Shown here in pieces: positions 53,104 to 63,389 of a stretch of DNA of 64,000 bases. How positions within the stretch are numbered: position 1 is the stretch's first letter; every line of letters starts with the position of its first letter. The notes under the pieces are model-generated. The model searched no databases. It was not told where the DNA came from and worked only from the letters and a program-made list of their open reading frames with translations. The position numbers and the translations under genes are program-made. Source of the DNA: Terriglobia bacterium (GTDB lineage Bacteria > Acidobacteriota > Terriglobia > 20CM-2-55-15); the NCBI GenBank assembly GCA_965218585.1, contig CBDCLE010000026.1, forward strand, positions 192,001 to 256,000, given 5' to 3'.

Positions 53104-53505
53104 ATGTCAGAACTTGCAGAAGCAACTGGAGAAGTACTTGGACAACATCTGATCGCCGACATGACGGGGTTGTCCCCTGTCCTCCTGCGTGATGGTGATC
53201 GGATCATGCATGTTCTTAACGACGCGTTGGCGCTGGCAGGCTTTCACTCCATCAGGAGCGTGGAACATCACTTCGTCGAGCGTGGCGCGGGATTTACGGG
53301 GATGGTCCTTTTGGCGGAATCCCATGCCGCCGTTCATACCTATCCCGAGCAGGAATACCTCGCGCTCGACATCTTCGCTTGCGGCGGTATCGATCCATCC
53401 ACCGTCATGGACGCGTTGGTTCGAGAGCTGAGTCCTACAGCAGTCGACGCACGGACTCTGACACGCGCTCCTCGCGCCAGCATTCCCGCGGACAGAAAAT
53501 CTTAA
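53104..53505 (+). CDS. speD: S-adenosylmethionine decarboxylase proenzyme
   Basis: GQHLIAD, LLAESHAAVHTYPE, DIFACG. Confidence 0.9.
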   Translation: MSELAEATGEVLGQHLIADMTGLSPVLLRDGDRIMHVLNDALALAGFHSIRSVEHHFVERGAGFTGMVLLAESHAAVHTYPEQEYLALDIFACGGIDPSTVMDALVRELSPTAVDARTLTRAPRASIPADRKS

Positions 53506-53558
53506 TCCGCGGGATATCACCTGAAAATGTTCGGGGTGAGGCCGGATTCGGCCTACCC

Positions 53559-54566
53559 TCAGAAGGTCCACACGATCAGGATCGAAGCGCCGATGTAGCC
53601 GAACGCTTCGAGGAGGCCCGCGCCGATGTTTGGATGTTCCTGCGTCTGCTCGTCAGCAAGGTTAACGCCGGACGCCAGCAAGATGTCCGTAAATTTGTGG
53701 ACTAGGAACAACATGATGAACCCAAATACCACGTAGACGGCGAATTGGAGCAGGCTATCGGTCCAACCGGTGAAATCGCCGCCGACTGCCACACTGATGA
53801 CATTGCCGATACCGATGAGCGCCCCTCCGAACGCCAGGCCCACCGCGGCGTTGTCTCGCTCCAGTTCTTCAAGGAACTTGTACGGGGTCATCAGCTCGTA
53901 CAGTCGTCCGGCGACCACCAGCACCACCTGAGCGAGTAGCCAGAAAGCCAGCAGGATCAGCATGCCGGAACCCAGGTCGCCGAATGTGCTCGATGTCCGA
54001 GAAGCTTCCCCTGAATCACCCGCACTGGCGCCAAGAATGATCAGACCGTTGGCGATGTATACGCCGGCCTCGACGAACCCCACGCCGAGGTTGCGATCTT
54101 GGACAACCTCTTTGGTGTTGTTGAATGTAGCCAGAAGGATCTTCTCGCACATGACGCTTGCAAGAAGCATGAGGACGATCGCGGAAAGACCGTAGACGCC
54201 GATCGTAACCACGTCCGTTCCGAGGCCCTGTGTTTCGCCCGAAATCGCCCCACCGAAAGCGATTAGAATTCCAAAGTAAAATCCGACCGTGGAAACTGCG
54301 AGTGCCAGGTTGTCCCGGCTGAAGAGTTCCTTATTCAAATCCACGCGCCGATACAGACTGGAATAAGCAAACTTCGCGATCCACAAGAGAACAAACGCTT
54401 CGAGGATATAAACGAAGGATTCGGCAATCAGGTAAAGATTGTCCGCCAGAGAAACCTGCGCCGGCAGTGGAATAGAAGTCTGCGCGGAGAGGGCAAATTC
54501 CAGTCCGGTGATTACTGGGGCGGCTAACAGAAGTGCGGCGGCGTGAAAGGCCGGCTGTTTGCTCAT
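53559..54566 (-). CDS. Tandem DUF350 (YjfL-like) membrane protein
   Basis: Repeated (K)EL..DN.A(LV) motifs between TMs. Confidence 0.75.
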   Translation of the reverse strand: MSKQPAFHAAALLLAAPVITGLEFALSAQTSIPLPAQVSLADNLYLIAESFVYILEAFVLLWIAKFAYSSLYRRVDLNKELFSRDNLALAVSTVGFYFGILIAFGGAISGETQGLGTDVVTIGVYGLSAIVLMLLASVMCEKILLATFNNTKEVVQDRNLGVGFVEAGVYIANGLIILGASAGDSGEASRTSSTFGDLGSGMLILLAFWLLAQVVLVVAGRLYELMTPYKFLEELERDNAAVGLAFGGALIGIGNVISVAVGGDFTGWTDSLLQFAVYVVFGFIMLFLVHKFTDILLASGVNLADEQTQEHPNIGAGLLEAFGYIGASILIVWTF

Positions 54567-54598
54567 AGTAAAATTCCTGTTGTGTCGTCGATCGCGGA

Positions 54599-55354
54599 TC
54601 ATTTCCCCAGGCTGCGTCCCCCCGAGGCCGCCCGACTGGCTGCTCTGGCTTGGAAACGCGACTGTTTGGCTTGATACCTCTGAGAGAAAGATGGACGCGT
54701 TGTGGCCGTCGACGTACCGTTCGCGCCGAAGGTGGGCCGCCCTCCGGTCTGAGGGCCGTAATAGGGCTGTCCGCGATTCCTCGAACCGGCGTAGGAGTCG
54801 TAGTCCCCCCGATTGATCTGGTGACCACCCAGCGCGGCGCTCATGAACGCGTACTGCCCGTAAAAGATCCAGAAACCGCCGGGACCAAAGTAACCGTATT
54901 GGCTCCGGCCCACATGCTGATAGTAGGGAGGGTGGCTCTGGTCATAGCCGGTCAAGGTGCCATCCGCATTCTTTGCGGCCACGACCATGCCGATGGATCG
55001 TTCATAGCGGTCCACCAGCCTGTCGGAAATGGAATACGTGTTCACCCGTTCATCAAACTGAGCCGCTTCTCCCTCGTCGGGATCCTCTCCGATCGGCTCG
55101 GTGACCTGGTAGCTGCTCTTGAGCGACATGCGATTCCGCAGAAACCCGTCTTGGACGTCGTCTACGATGATCGAATACTCGGAATACTCGGCAAGCTCCT
55201 GCACCAGCCTGGGAACCGGGTCACCCCTGGAGAGCAAGCCGCCGACTAACCAGAACCCCACGAGTATTACGACCACGACCATGCCCGCCAGGAGCCAGAA
55301 CTCCTGGTTTGTCTGCCTGGTGGGCATTCTTAGATTTCTTGGATCATTTCTCAT
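54599..55354 (-). CDS. Membrane-anchored protein with Gly/Arg/Ser-rich tail (YjfM-like position)
   Basis: N-terminal TM, PPYY..VG...YG...FW.FYGQYAFM. Confidence 0.65.
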   Translation of the reverse strand: MRNDPRNLRMPTRQTNQEFWLLAGMVVVVILVGFWLVGGLLSRGDPVPRLVQELAEYSEYSIIVDDVQDGFLRNRMSLKSSYQVTEPIGEDPDEGEAAQFDERVNTYSISDRLVDRYERSIGMVVAAKNADGTLTGYDQSHPPYYQHVGRSQYGYFGPGGFWIFYGQYAFMSAALGGHQINRGDYDSYAGSRNRGQPYYGPQTGGRPTFGANGTSTATTRPSFSQRYQAKQSRFQARAASRAASGGRSLGK

Positions 55355-55365
55355 ACTGCTAGTTC

Positions 55366-55917
55366 CTATGCATTCCCACTCGGCAGGATGTTCGTGAATT
55401 GATACTCTCCCACATATTCACCAGCGACGGCCTTGAAATCCCTTTCTCCGTACTGCGTTACGAACAGCACATTCGTTCCTGAGTCATCACAGTAGGTCCA
55501 ACTAATGAAGCTTTTGCCCGGGCCTGTGGCGTTTTCATGGAACAGACCCGCGCCGCTCTCCATCAGCCTATGGTTCCGCCCATTGTAGGTCAAGTGATTG
55601 GGGGGATCTTCATGTCGGAGGGTATGTTCAATGACGTCCTCGGAGAATTGGCTGATAGAAATGCTTTCTGTCAGCGTCCAGGAAGTTTCGCCGTCACTAT
55701 CAGCGCGCTCCAGGTAGACGACCTTGCCGGAGGTCTCGATCACCCATTCCTTGGTCTCGCATCCGGAGTAGTCGTAGGTATTGTACGCTTTGACCTCCCA
55801 TGTCTCCATATCGTAATCAACCAGGTATCCAGCCTTCATTGCGCCCAACCGATAGTCCACCAGCGAATCGGATTCCTCATCGTCACCCCCCCGGCCAAAC
55901 CATTCTTTCAATCCCAT
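55366..55917 (-). CDS. DUF4178-like protein
   Basis: GYLVDYD..TWEV..YNTYDY...EW; PP..L.Y.G; operon context. Confidence 0.7.
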   Translation of the reverse strand: MGLKEWFGRGGDDEESDSLVDYRLGAMKAGYLVDYDMETWEVKAYNTYDYSGCETKEWVIETSGKVVYLERADSDGETSWTLTESISISQFSEDVIEHTLRHEDPPNHLTYNGRNHRLMESGAGLFHENATGPGKSFISWTYCDDSGTNVLFVTQYGERDFKAVAGEYVGEYQFTNILPSGNA

Positions 55918-55945
55918 TGTTTAATTTTCCCCGGGGAGCATCGGA

Positions 55946-57538
55946 CTACCATCGAGCGAGATCTTCGCGATAATACCTCGCGAGAGTCGGTTGTTCCAAG
56001 GTATTAGGCTCGACCTCAACACGGGTCATGTCCGCATCGAAATCAAAATTGGCCAAGAACAACTCCTTGGTCAGGTAACGCAGCCCGGGCATAAACTGAA
56101 CGCTGGCAGGATCGATCGGTGCCTCGGACCCGATATGAAAGCCCCATTCGCCGAAGGAAGGTACGTAAGCGTGAAATGAGAGCACCTCGAGATCCGCTTC
56201 TTCCATCGATTTGCCGATACACCAGTAGGCCTGGCGCGTGTAGTAAGGGCTCGTCGCCTGAGCAATTACCACTCCTCCGGGAGCCAGATGCCGACGAATA
56301 AGCTTGTACGCTTCGACCGAGAACAGTTTTGAGATCTCTTCTTCTCGCGGATCTGGAAGATCGATTACGACCACCGAATAGGGTTCGTGTTCCCTCTGCA
56401 GAAAACTAAACCCATCTTCGTTAATCACCCGGACCCGGGGGTGGCTCAGGGCGTTCCGGTTCAGGTCGGTAAAATAGAGATTGCGCCTGGCCAGCGTCGT
56501 CATAGCCGGATCGAGGTCCACCAGCTCGATCTCTTCCACCTCTGAATACCGCAGGATTTCACGAACGGCGAGCCCGTCACCGCCGCCGACGACCAGAACC
56601 CGTGCCCGGCTATGCGAAAATGCCATGGCAGGGTGGACCAGCGCTTCGTGATACCGGTACTCGTCGACTGAGGAGAACTGTAGGTGCTCGTTCAAAAAGA
56701 GTCGGGTTTCGTCCTTCCAGCGCGTAACCACAATCTTCTGATATTCGGTCTCCGTGCTGAAAACCACCTGGCCTTCGTAGAGGGAATCTTCCCACCGATC
56801 CATCAGGGGTTGGGCTTGACTTGCAAATACGGCCAACACAGCAGAAATCAGGACGCCCTGGACGACGAGTCGTGCCCGGTCTCCGGCCGATATTTCGGCC
56901 CACACGGCGAGAAGGATGGCCGAACCGGCGGCAACGTTGAGGGCGCCGGCAAGGAGTGATGTATGAAACGCCCCGAGAACCGGCAAACAAAAGAATGGGA
57001 AGAGAACAGCGGCGACCAGAGCGCCAACGTAATCGACCGAAAGCACATTCGACAGGATCGTCCGCAACGATCCGTGTCTTCGTAGGATCCGTGTGAGGAG
57101 TGGGATCTCCAGTCCGATGAGCGTGCCGATGATCAGGATGATGACCAGCATCAGGTATTTGTAGACGCTGGTGTAAGCGTTCGCGAGGTACAGAGCGGGA
57201 ACTGTCAGACCTCCGAACAATCCGAGCCACAGTTCCAACGCCACCAACCGCCGGATCAATTCCCCGTGAACGGCCCTCGAGATCCACGAGCCCAGGCCCA
57301 TCGCGAACAGAAAGAATCCGATCGTCAGCGAGTACTGCTCGACACTGTTGCCCAGGAAATACGACGAGATACTTCCGACCAGTAACTCGTAGACGATTCC
57401 GCACGCCGCGGCGACGAAAATCGATGCGAGTATCAGGAACAGACCCAGCCTCGACAGCCTCTCTTCTCCCGACCCGACATCGTCGAACTCTAGTTCGTTG
57501 GGGGTGAGATTGGTGTCAGTTGTCTTGGTGATGCTCAT
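55946..57538 (-). CDS. speE: Membrane-bound polyamine aminopropyltransferase (spermidine synthase)
   Basis: TM domain ACGIVYEL; DEYRYHEALVHP, VLVVGGGDG, IDLPDP, VPSFGEWGF. Confidence 0.9.
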   Translation of the reverse strand: MSITKTTDTNLTPNELEFDDVGSGEERLSRLGLFLILASIFVAAACGIVYELLVGSISSYFLGNSVEQYSLTIGFFLFAMGLGSWISRAVHGELIRRLVALELWLGLFGGLTVPALYLANAYTSVYKYLMLVIILIIGTLIGLEIPLLTRILRRHGSLRTILSNVLSVDYVGALVAAVLFPFFCLPVLGAFHTSLLAGALNVAAGSAILLAVWAEISAGDRARLVVQGVLISAVLAVFASQAQPLMDRWEDSLYEGQVVFSTETEYQKIVVTRWKDETRLFLNEHLQFSSVDEYRYHEALVHPAMAFSHSRARVLVVGGGDGLAVREILRYSEVEEIELVDLDPAMTTLARRNLYFTDLNRNALSHPRVRVINEDGFSFLQREHEPYSVVVIDLPDPREEEISKLFSVEAYKLIRRHLAPGGVVIAQATSPYYTRQAYWCIGKSMEEADLEVLSFHAYVPSFGEWGFHIGSEAPIDPASVQFMPGLRYLTKELFLANFDFDADMTRVEVEPNTLEQPTLARYYREDLARW

Positions 57539-59241
57539 TGAACTGCGTCCGTCTCTCCGGATAGCCCCTTGATCGATGATTCGAATGTCCTGCCGAGGCA
57601 CTCCAGGACCTGTTCGGCCGCCCGGATGCCGGAAAAACAGGCTTCTTCGAACAGCGGCAGTCCTGTCGTGTCACACGAGGCGAAATACACGTTTCCGGCA
57701 GGCTCCCTCCGAGTGACGCTTTCTAGGCCCCATATGAGTCCCGGCCTCGGCCGGATCATGGCGTGACCCCACCGGTAAACGTCGATGCGGTCTACGACAC
57801 GCTCCAGGTCCGGATGGGCCACCAGTAGGTCCCGCATGATCACGTTGACCCAGTACGGATGTTCTTCTTCAAGGAGCTTCCTACGAGCAAGGTCGATGTC
57901 CTCGACGAACGGTAGATAGTAAACCAGGACCGATGGGTTGTCTCTGTAGACCTGCCGGGTTTGATGATCAGCGACAATGTAGCCCAGGGATTGGCTGTCG
58001 CCGAGCACATTGTCCCACGCGATCGAGACTTCGGCGTTTGTGGGCAACTCGCTCACGTGGATACTGGCGGTCAGCCATGGGCTGTAATCACAAGATTCGA
58101 TCGCTTCTACCTGGGGCCCTGGCAATCCATCGACCAGGAAAGGCGCGGTGTGGAGCTTGGAGGCATGGATCACGGTTCGGGCCGAAATAGTGCGATATGT
58201 CTCACTCGGTGTATCGAAGTAGCCGACCCGAACGCCGGAATTGTCGTTATCGATGTTGTCGATCCGGAGCACCGTGCATCCGAGCCGGTATTGCGAGTCC
58301 TCCAGGTCTTGAGCTAAGCGTTGTACGAGAAACCCGTTTCCCGCGGGCCACGTCAACGTATCCGAAGGGTACTGGTCCCACAGCCGCTTGTCGTAGTATC
58401 GGCAGGCGAAATAGTGAATGCCGGCCCAGGCCGACACGGTTGCCATCGTGCTCCCGTAATCGTCCCGGCAAGCATGGTTGATCATCCAATCCAACCGTGG
58501 CGAATTCCATCCTTTGGAGCGGACGTAGGTTTCCATCGAAATGTTGTCGAGTTCACGAACCCGGGAGTCCGTGGTGCTGTAGCTGAGAGGGAGTGAGAAT
58601 GCGCGCCGGCCGTCAAAACCACGGTAAAGCGTCCAGGTCAGCATGTCGTCCTCAAAAGCAAGTATGGCTTCCCGGTCCTGGGTTGAGGCCCCGGCGAGCA
58701 GATCCCATTCGATCCATCTTCCGTCCATGAAGAGACGTTCGGTGGGCCATCGCAGGATATGTTGTTCGGGAATCCTCGGCCGTCCGGCCTCATCGTAGCC
58801 TTCGATGATGCCCAGGTCGGACAGGACTTCTTTGACGCAATCCGCTTCCGCGGGCGGAATATTGATGTAGTGTGCCGCCCAGGGGAATTCCGCGCCCTCT
58901 GCGCTTCCGGACGCGGATGTGCCTCCAAGCCAGGGCTCCAGTTCGAGCAGGACAAGGTTGTCCAGTCCGGCTTTCATCAGCTTCCAGGCTGCGCACAGTC
59001 CAGAAACGCCACCTCCGACGATGGCGACGTCGTAGGTATGAGCATCAGGCTCGGGAAACCGATCGCGAGGGCGAGGTTCGCGAAGAAGATGCCCCGCCTG
59101 CTGGCCCCCGCCCACGATTTGCCCCGGGATATTGAAGGTCCTCGGAGGCGGAGTGCCTGAATTCCAGCACGAAGGCACGACCGCCAGGAGGCTGCCGGTC
59201 GCGGAGAGGCGAATGAACCGACGGCGTGTAAAGAACGACAT
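57535..59241 (-). CDS. FAD-dependent amine oxidase-like protein, Tat/lipoprotein signal
   Basis: TRRRFIR, IVGGGVSGL, PWAAHY, CRDDYG, SAWAGIHYF, RWGHAM, LFEEA. Confidence 0.85.
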   Translation of the reverse strand: MSFFTRRRFIRLSATGSLLAVVPSCWNSGTPPPRTFNIPGQIVGGGQQAGHLLREPRPRDRFPEPDAHTYDVAIVGGGVSGLCAAWKLMKAGLDNLVLLELEPWLGGTSASGSAEGAEFPWAAHYINIPPAEADCVKEVLSDLGIIEGYDEAGRPRIPEQHILRWPTERLFMDGRWIEWDLLAGASTQDREAILAFEDDMLTWTLYRGFDGRRAFSLPLSYSTTDSRVRELDNISMETYVRSKGWNSPRLDWMINHACRDDYGSTMATVSAWAGIHYFACRYYDKRLWDQYPSDTLTWPAGNGFLVQRLAQDLEDSQYRLGCTVLRIDNIDNDNSGVRVGYFDTPSETYRTISARTVIHASKLHTAPFLVDGLPGPQVEAIESCDYSPWLTASIHVSELPTNAEVSIAWDNVLGDSQSLGYIVADHQTRQVYRDNPSVLVYYLPFVEDIDLARRKLLEEEHPYWVNVIMRDLLVAHPDLERVVDRIDVYRWGHAMIRPRPGLIWGLESVTRREPAGNVYFASCDTTGLPLFEEACFSGIRAAEQVLECLGRTFESSIKGLSGETDAVQ

Positions 59242-59254
59242 TGCTGGATGATAC

Positions 59255-59956
59255 TCAGATGCCCATCTTCTTCTTGAGCTCAGCCAGCGAGTCGCTGGTC
59301 TCGGCCGAGCTGGGCACCGCAAGGGTTCTGTCTATCTCCTGGTCCAGGGTGACGCTCGCGTCGGTCATGTCTCCGTAAGACTCGGCAAGCGACTCCTCCT
59401 CTATCACTTTGTCCTTCATCCTTTCCAGTAGTGCAATCGTACTGGAGGAGTCGACGTTCGACATCTGCTGGTTGATTTTCCGCATCGATGTCGCCGTCTT
59501 GGCACGGGCTCTCAAGGTCACCAACTCGGTCTCGAAGCGGCTGATGGTTTCCTTCAGAGTTCCCACCTTCGCCTGGAGCTGATCCCCCATGGATTTCTGC
59601 TGCTCGTAATCCTTCTTTAAGGAACCTGAGCGTTGGAGAGCCTCCTCCTTCTTGGTCAAGGCTTCAGTTGCCAGACGTTCCGCGTCAGCTTCGGGCAGAT
59701 CCCCACTCTTCATTTTCTGGAGAAGAAGCATCGCTTTTCTTTCGTAATCCTTCGCAAGCTTTTTCTGGTCGTCCGAGTCTTTCTTGAAACGAATTGCGAT
59801 CGCTTTAACTTGCGCCAGACTCTGCATGGAGCCCTGCAGGTCTTTCTTCAGGTCGCGAATTCCCTGCTCGCTCATCTTGATCGGATCTTCGAGCTTATCC
59901 ACGACCGAATGTGCCTGGGACTGTACGTTTTTGAAAATTCTTTGAAAAAAACTCAT
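59255..59956 (-). CDS. PspA/IM30 (ESCRT-III-like) protein
   Basis: MSFFQRIF...LEDPIKMSEQ.IRDL, coiled coil, L.RMK.KV, LAELKKKMG. Confidence 0.92.
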   Translation of the reverse strand: MSFFQRIFKNVQSQAHSVVDKLEDPIKMSEQGIRDLKKDLQGSMQSLAQVKAIAIRFKKDSDDQKKLAKDYERKAMLLLQKMKSGDLPEADAERLATEALTKKEEALQRSGSLKKDYEQQKSMGDQLQAKVGTLKETISRFETELVTLRARAKTATSMRKINQQMSNVDSSSTIALLERMKDKVIEEESLAESYGDMTDASVTLDQEIDRTLAVPSSAETSDSLAELKKKMGI

Positions 59957-60372
59957 TTGTCAGCTCCCCCCGACTGTCGGTAACTAAATTCCAGCAACTC
60001 TGGGCCGTTTTCGGCCAGGGCAAGCTCCAGCGACCGGATGGAGCCTTCCAACTCGTTACAATCCAGGTTTTCCAATTGCAAGGTATCGCGGAAAAGGACG
60101 CGGTTACCCTCTTCGTCGTCGAGCACAAACGCTCCATGTACCATGGTTCGGTTCATCTGGAGGAGGCGTTTGAAGAAATCTCCAGCATCCTCGGGGACGT
60201 CCATGATGAGTTGTTCGAGGATGACGATTGGGGGTTCGCAGTCAATGATCAGGTTATGAATCCCATTCTCCTCATCCCCCACCACGATCAACTCTTCGGC
60301 TTCATCCTCGCTGACGATCTTCAGATCGATGTCGAGCAGATAGCCCTTCACCAAGTCTAGGTTCTCGGACAT
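59953..60372 (-). CDS. YbjN/CesT-like chaperone
   Basis: LLQMNRTMVHGAFVLD...FRDTLQLENLD.NE. Confidence 0.75.
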   Translation of the reverse strand: MSENLDLVKGYLLDIDLKIVSEDEAEELIVVGDEENGIHNLIIDCEPPIVILEQLIMDVPEDAGDFFKRLLQMNRTMVHGAFVLDDEEGNRVLFRDTLQLENLDCNELEGSIRSLELALAENGPELLEFSYRQSGGADK

Positions 60373-60374
60373 GT

Positions 60375-60764
60375 TTACTTCTCCTGTCTGTTTGTCTCGC
60401 TCTGGGACCGCTTCCGCAGCCGCTCGTAAGCACCGTTCAACCGTTGCGTCAGTTCATCGGCTATTCTTCGTTTCTCGAGATCTTTCGAATGCAGATCCGG
60501 GTGGTATTTCCGTAACAGCCGTATCCATGCCTGCCGGACCGTGGTAAGGCTGGAACCATAGGGCACCTCCAGGTTGGAATAGAGCTCGGCCAACTCTGAA
60601 TCGATACGCTGGGCGTTAGATTCTGTATTTCTGCTACCGTGGCCCAGCCCGTGGGCCCGAGTCTGCCTTTGGCGTCCACGTGCCCGATCAGCGTAAATCC
60701 GTCCGTTCGAGCCAGCGTGGAGCTGGGCTCGAATGAAGCGGATCACGCGGGTCACCAGTTTCAA
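60375..60764 (-). CDS. J-domain protein
   Basis: YSNLEV...KYHPD...LNGAYERL. Confidence 0.85.
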   Translation of the reverse strand: MKLVTRVIRFIRAQLHAGSNGRIYADRARGRQRQTRAHGLGHGSRNTESNAQRIDSELAELYSNLEVPYGSSLTTVRQAWIRLLRKYHPDLHSKDLEKRRIADELTQRLNGAYERLRKRSQSETNRQEK

Positions 60765-60893
60765 CCAATCAGCTCCCTCGAAGACAGGTTCTCAAAGACG
60801 ACATTGCGACCTCATCAGAATCATAACTCAATAGGTTATATTTGGCGGTATTGGTAATCTCGCGTTCGTCAGTGAAGGGATGACTCGATCACC

Positions 60894-61952
60894 ATGCTCA
60901 GGTTGATTATGGAATGGTTCCGGCGCTTCAGGCCGGAAAGACATGGCGAAACCGGTAAGGTAATCCTCTTGTTTTCCGCCCTGATCGCCTTGGGTGCGGT
61001 CGGTTATAGACTTTTCGAGGGTGCTGTCGATCCCGAGCTGTCCTGGAACGATGCCATTTGGTGGTCGATCGTTACGATGACGACCGTGGGATACGGGGAC
61101 TATTTTCCAACGACCGTCTACGGTCGCTACCTGGTGGCGATTCCAGTGATGTTTGTCGGCATCGGCATCCTTGGCTACCTGCTCTCGGTGATGGCAACTA
61201 CGTTGATTGAGTCGAGGTCAAAGGAGTTGAAAGGCATGACGGATCTCCGCGTTGAATCCCATGTGCTCGTAGTGAATTTTCAGAGCGAAGGCCGGAATCT
61301 AGAGATTGTCAAGGAGCTGCGGGAGGACTCCAAGACAAAGGACCTTGCAATAGTGTTGGTCGATGACCACCTCGACGAGCTGCCGCCCGAACTGGGGAAA
61401 CTGGGTGTCCGTTTTGTGAAGGGCAACCCATCGAGGGGAAGTGTCCTGCGGCGCGCATGCGTCGACAAGGCGCGTTATGCAATCGTTCTTGCCTCGGAAG
61501 TGGACCAAGTGCGCGCCGATGACCATACTCTCGCCGCGGTCCTTACAATCGAATCGATTAACCCTAACATCTTCACAGTCGCCGAATGCCTCGACCCTGA
61601 GCGTGTGGAACTGATGCGCCGATCGGGATGCGATAGCGTGGTCTGCGTGTCCGGTCTCGCATCGTCCTTCTTAGTTCAGGAGGTTTGCGATCCTGGCATG
61701 CATGCAGTCGTCAACGAACTGATGTCAAATAGATTTGGTCAACAGGTCTACATCGTACCGGTTGAACAAATGCAAAACTGGGAATTTTCTGAGCTGCAGG
61801 CACATCTTTCACAAAAAGGGTGCCTTGTATTGGGAGTACAACGCGGCAGCGAGGCCCTGCTCAACCCAGGGAATGCGTACAAGATCGAAGCGAGCGATCA
61901 CGTCATCTGTATGGGGCCACACAGGCCCGTTCCGGTTCGGATCTCGAGCTAA
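60894..61952 (+). CDS. Potassium channel with RCK (TrkA-N/C) domains
   Basis: TTVGYGD selectivity filter, two TMs, RCK domain. Confidence 0.92.
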   Translation: MLRLIMEWFRRFRPERHGETGKVILLFSALIALGAVGYRLFEGAVDPELSWNDAIWWSIVTMTTVGYGDYFPTTVYGRYLVAIPVMFVGIGILGYLLSVMATTLIESRSKELKGMTDLRVESHVLVVNFQSEGRNLEIVKELREDSKTKDLAIVLVDDHLDELPPELGKLGVRFVKGNPSRGSVLRRACVDKARYAIVLASEVDQVRADDHTLAAVLTIESINPNIFTVAECLDPERVELMRRSGCDSVVCVSGLASSFLVQEVCDPGMHAVVNELMSNRFGQQVYIVPVEQMQNWEFSELQAHLSQKGCLVLGVQRGSEALLNPGNAYKIEASDHVICMGPHRPVPVRISS

Positions 61953-62224
61953 CGATCCTTGGTCGGTGACTGCGCCTTAGAACGCTTCCAGAACGCGGAT
62001 AGTCCTAACACCAGAACGCCCACTGAGATTGCTCCACAAACAACACCCCAGAACCAATACGGCAAGAATAACTGTCGCGGTCCTAGCTGTACAAATGGCA
62101 CTCAGTGTTTTCTCTCGCGCGGACTATCTTTTCACCAAGACTGCGACGACTGGTGCGGGAGCTATGCCATCCGACGTTGCACAGCTCGCAGATCTACTAC
62201 CGCATCCAGAGTCGGCTCCAACTT

Positions 62225-62435
62225 CGGCCAAGTCGCGGTAGGCAACGCTGCGATACATCCCCACGTCCGCTACGGCCCGCCTCACACGCCCCTCGAACGT
62301 CTGATGATCCGTGCGCGGATCGTATTCGCGCCGGTGGCCGTCACGCTGCCGCTGTTCTCGCTCCTTCGCGTGGTCGCGCCTGGGGCGGGTGAAGCTCCTG
62401 CGGGAGTCAGGCGTGAAGTCTCGCGGATCGAACAT
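62225..62435 (-). pseudogene. Replication-relaxation-like fragment (copy 3)
   Basis: RDGHRREYDPR...RAVADVGMYRSVAYRDLAE matches copies 1 and 2. Confidence 0.65.
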
Positions 62436-62444
62436 GGTCCTTCC

Positions 62445-62771
62445 TTACCGGCCTGGCCCCATGTCTCTCTGCTGTTGTTGCGCGGGCTGCTCGGTGGGTT
62501 GCTTCGGGGTGTGGCTGATTTGCGGACCCCGGGCGTGAGAGTATTGCCGGGTCCACTCCGCCGCCGTCTTCTCCTGGACCGGTGCTTCAACCTCGCGCTC
62601 AATCGCACGATCCACCAGGTAATCGCTCATCTTCTGCGCGTCCCGGGCCGCTCGATGAATCTCATGCGGGTCTTTTTCCAGGACTTCGAGCCAACCCTTC
62701 ACATAGGCGGCTCCGCGCTGCGGGTCATGCCCCACACCAATGCGCTCCCCCGTCATCATGGCGCTGGTCAC
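62445..62771 (-). pseudogene. ArdC-like (MPTase) C-terminal fragment
   Basis: AAYVKGWLEVLEKDPHEIHRAARDAQKMSDYL. Confidence 0.65.
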
Positions 62772-63051
62772 GCTATATTGAATTTAAGTAATTGATAACA
62801 CTAGATATGTTGGCAACGCGTCCACTATGATTCCCTCATCAGACCCCTCTTTCTGAACGGGAATCCATTGGACCTTAGAAGACGTCCCTAGACCGCACAG
62901 CGTCCCATGAGAGGGCGGAGCCGGTCCGGTCCCTGTCGGGCAGGGCGGTCGATGGGCAAGACGGGAGTGTCGCTAGATTGGAACCCTCGCGCCGAGGATC
63001 CTGATGAGGGCACGGATTTAACTTCACACACGGAGCGATTCCTACGCGGAC

Positions 63052-63330
63052 CTAGGAGCCTGCGCCGTAGGACGATTTTCGACTCGGCGAATTTCGCGAT
63101 ATGGCGATTGATCGGTATCGGTGACCGGGGAATGGGCGTTTTGGACGACGAGGCGCCGATGGGTGCGCCACGGGTGCTTGAATCGACCCTCGTTCGGCCT
63201 GATTTGCGGGCGGTATCCCTGTCATCAGGCTGCCTGAAGCCCCTGCATCCGCTTGACGTTCAATGCCAGACACACCAAGTTCCACTCGCCCTGGACCTTG
63301 TTCAGGCCGCGCAGGCTGAATCGGCGGGAG
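63052..63330 (-). mobile_element. IS1182-family 3' remnant
   Basis: Minus strand LRGLNKVQGEWNLVCLALNVKRM...*; terminus near CTAG at 63052. Confidence 0.7.
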
Positions 63331-63389
63331 TAACGTAAAAGTTGTGTTTCGTGATTTCCAGTTGAGAGAGAATGATAGATTCGTCGTCC

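Noticed and set aside
61959-62795. 278-aa plus-strand ORF
   Set aside because: Antisense to the ArdC-like and relaxase-like fragments.
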